Source: an uncultured delta proteobacterium (GTDB lineage: Bacteria > Desulfobacterota > Binatia > Binatales > Binataceae). Taken from it: a DNA stretch of 64,000 nucleotides. The translations under genes and the position numbers were made by a program. Below are positions 63,924 to 64,000 of the stretch, piece by piece. The stretch is taken from positions 512,001-576,000 of the forward strand of contig CAWCDG010000004.1 of assembly GCA_963794325.1 (NCBI GenBank), written 5' to 3'. Each line of letters starts with the position of its first letter. Within the stretch, counting starts at the first letter, position 1. The notes below the pieces were generated by a model. It was not told where the DNA came from and made no database searches. It saw only the letters and a program-made list of their open reading frames with translations.

Positions 63924-64000
63924 TCACATGCGTTCCAGCGCTATCACCGGGATCTGCCGCGTCGTCGCCTTCTGGTAATCGTTGAATGTCGGCATCACCT
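63924..64000 (-). CDS. C-terminus of a deazaflavin-dependent nitroreductase (Ddn-like), partial
   Basis: Manual translation ...MPTFNDYQKATTRQIPVIALERM* matches the Y(Q)..T.R.IP C-terminal motif. Confidence 0.7.
   Translation of the reverse strand, partial: VMPTFNDYQKATTRQIPVIALERM

Overview
High-GC bacterial chromosomal window. The gene content (several LLM-class oxidoreductases, an amidohydrolase, a Ddn-like fragment) resembles soil Candidatus Binatia/Binatota; this taxonomic call is inference only. Housekeeping and metabolic genes include selA, galK, ribB(X), dsbD, gyrB/gyrA, glcDEF and an lrp-gltBD unit. No rRNA, tRNA, CRISPR array or transposase was seen. Two loci stand out. (1) A hidden selenoprotein at 48669-49832 (-): a redoxin domain with a W-U-P-Y-C motif read through an in-frame TGA, a bacterial SECIS-like hairpin just downstream, and a fused DsbD-N domain; selA lies in the same window. 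(2) A nitrogen-uptake cluster, amt - APC permease - PP2C - Ser/Thr kinase - amt, with two sigma54-type promoters, no GlnK/PII gene, and an adjacent NarL-type two-component pair, which suggests phosphorylation-based control of Amt. Also found: three families of intergenic palindromic repeats, a paralogous pair of small secreted Cys-rich proteins, gyrase substitutions at drug-contact residues, a small ORF between gyrB and gyrA, and a ClC with non-canonical selectivity motifs. All calls come from reading the sequence; no searches were run.
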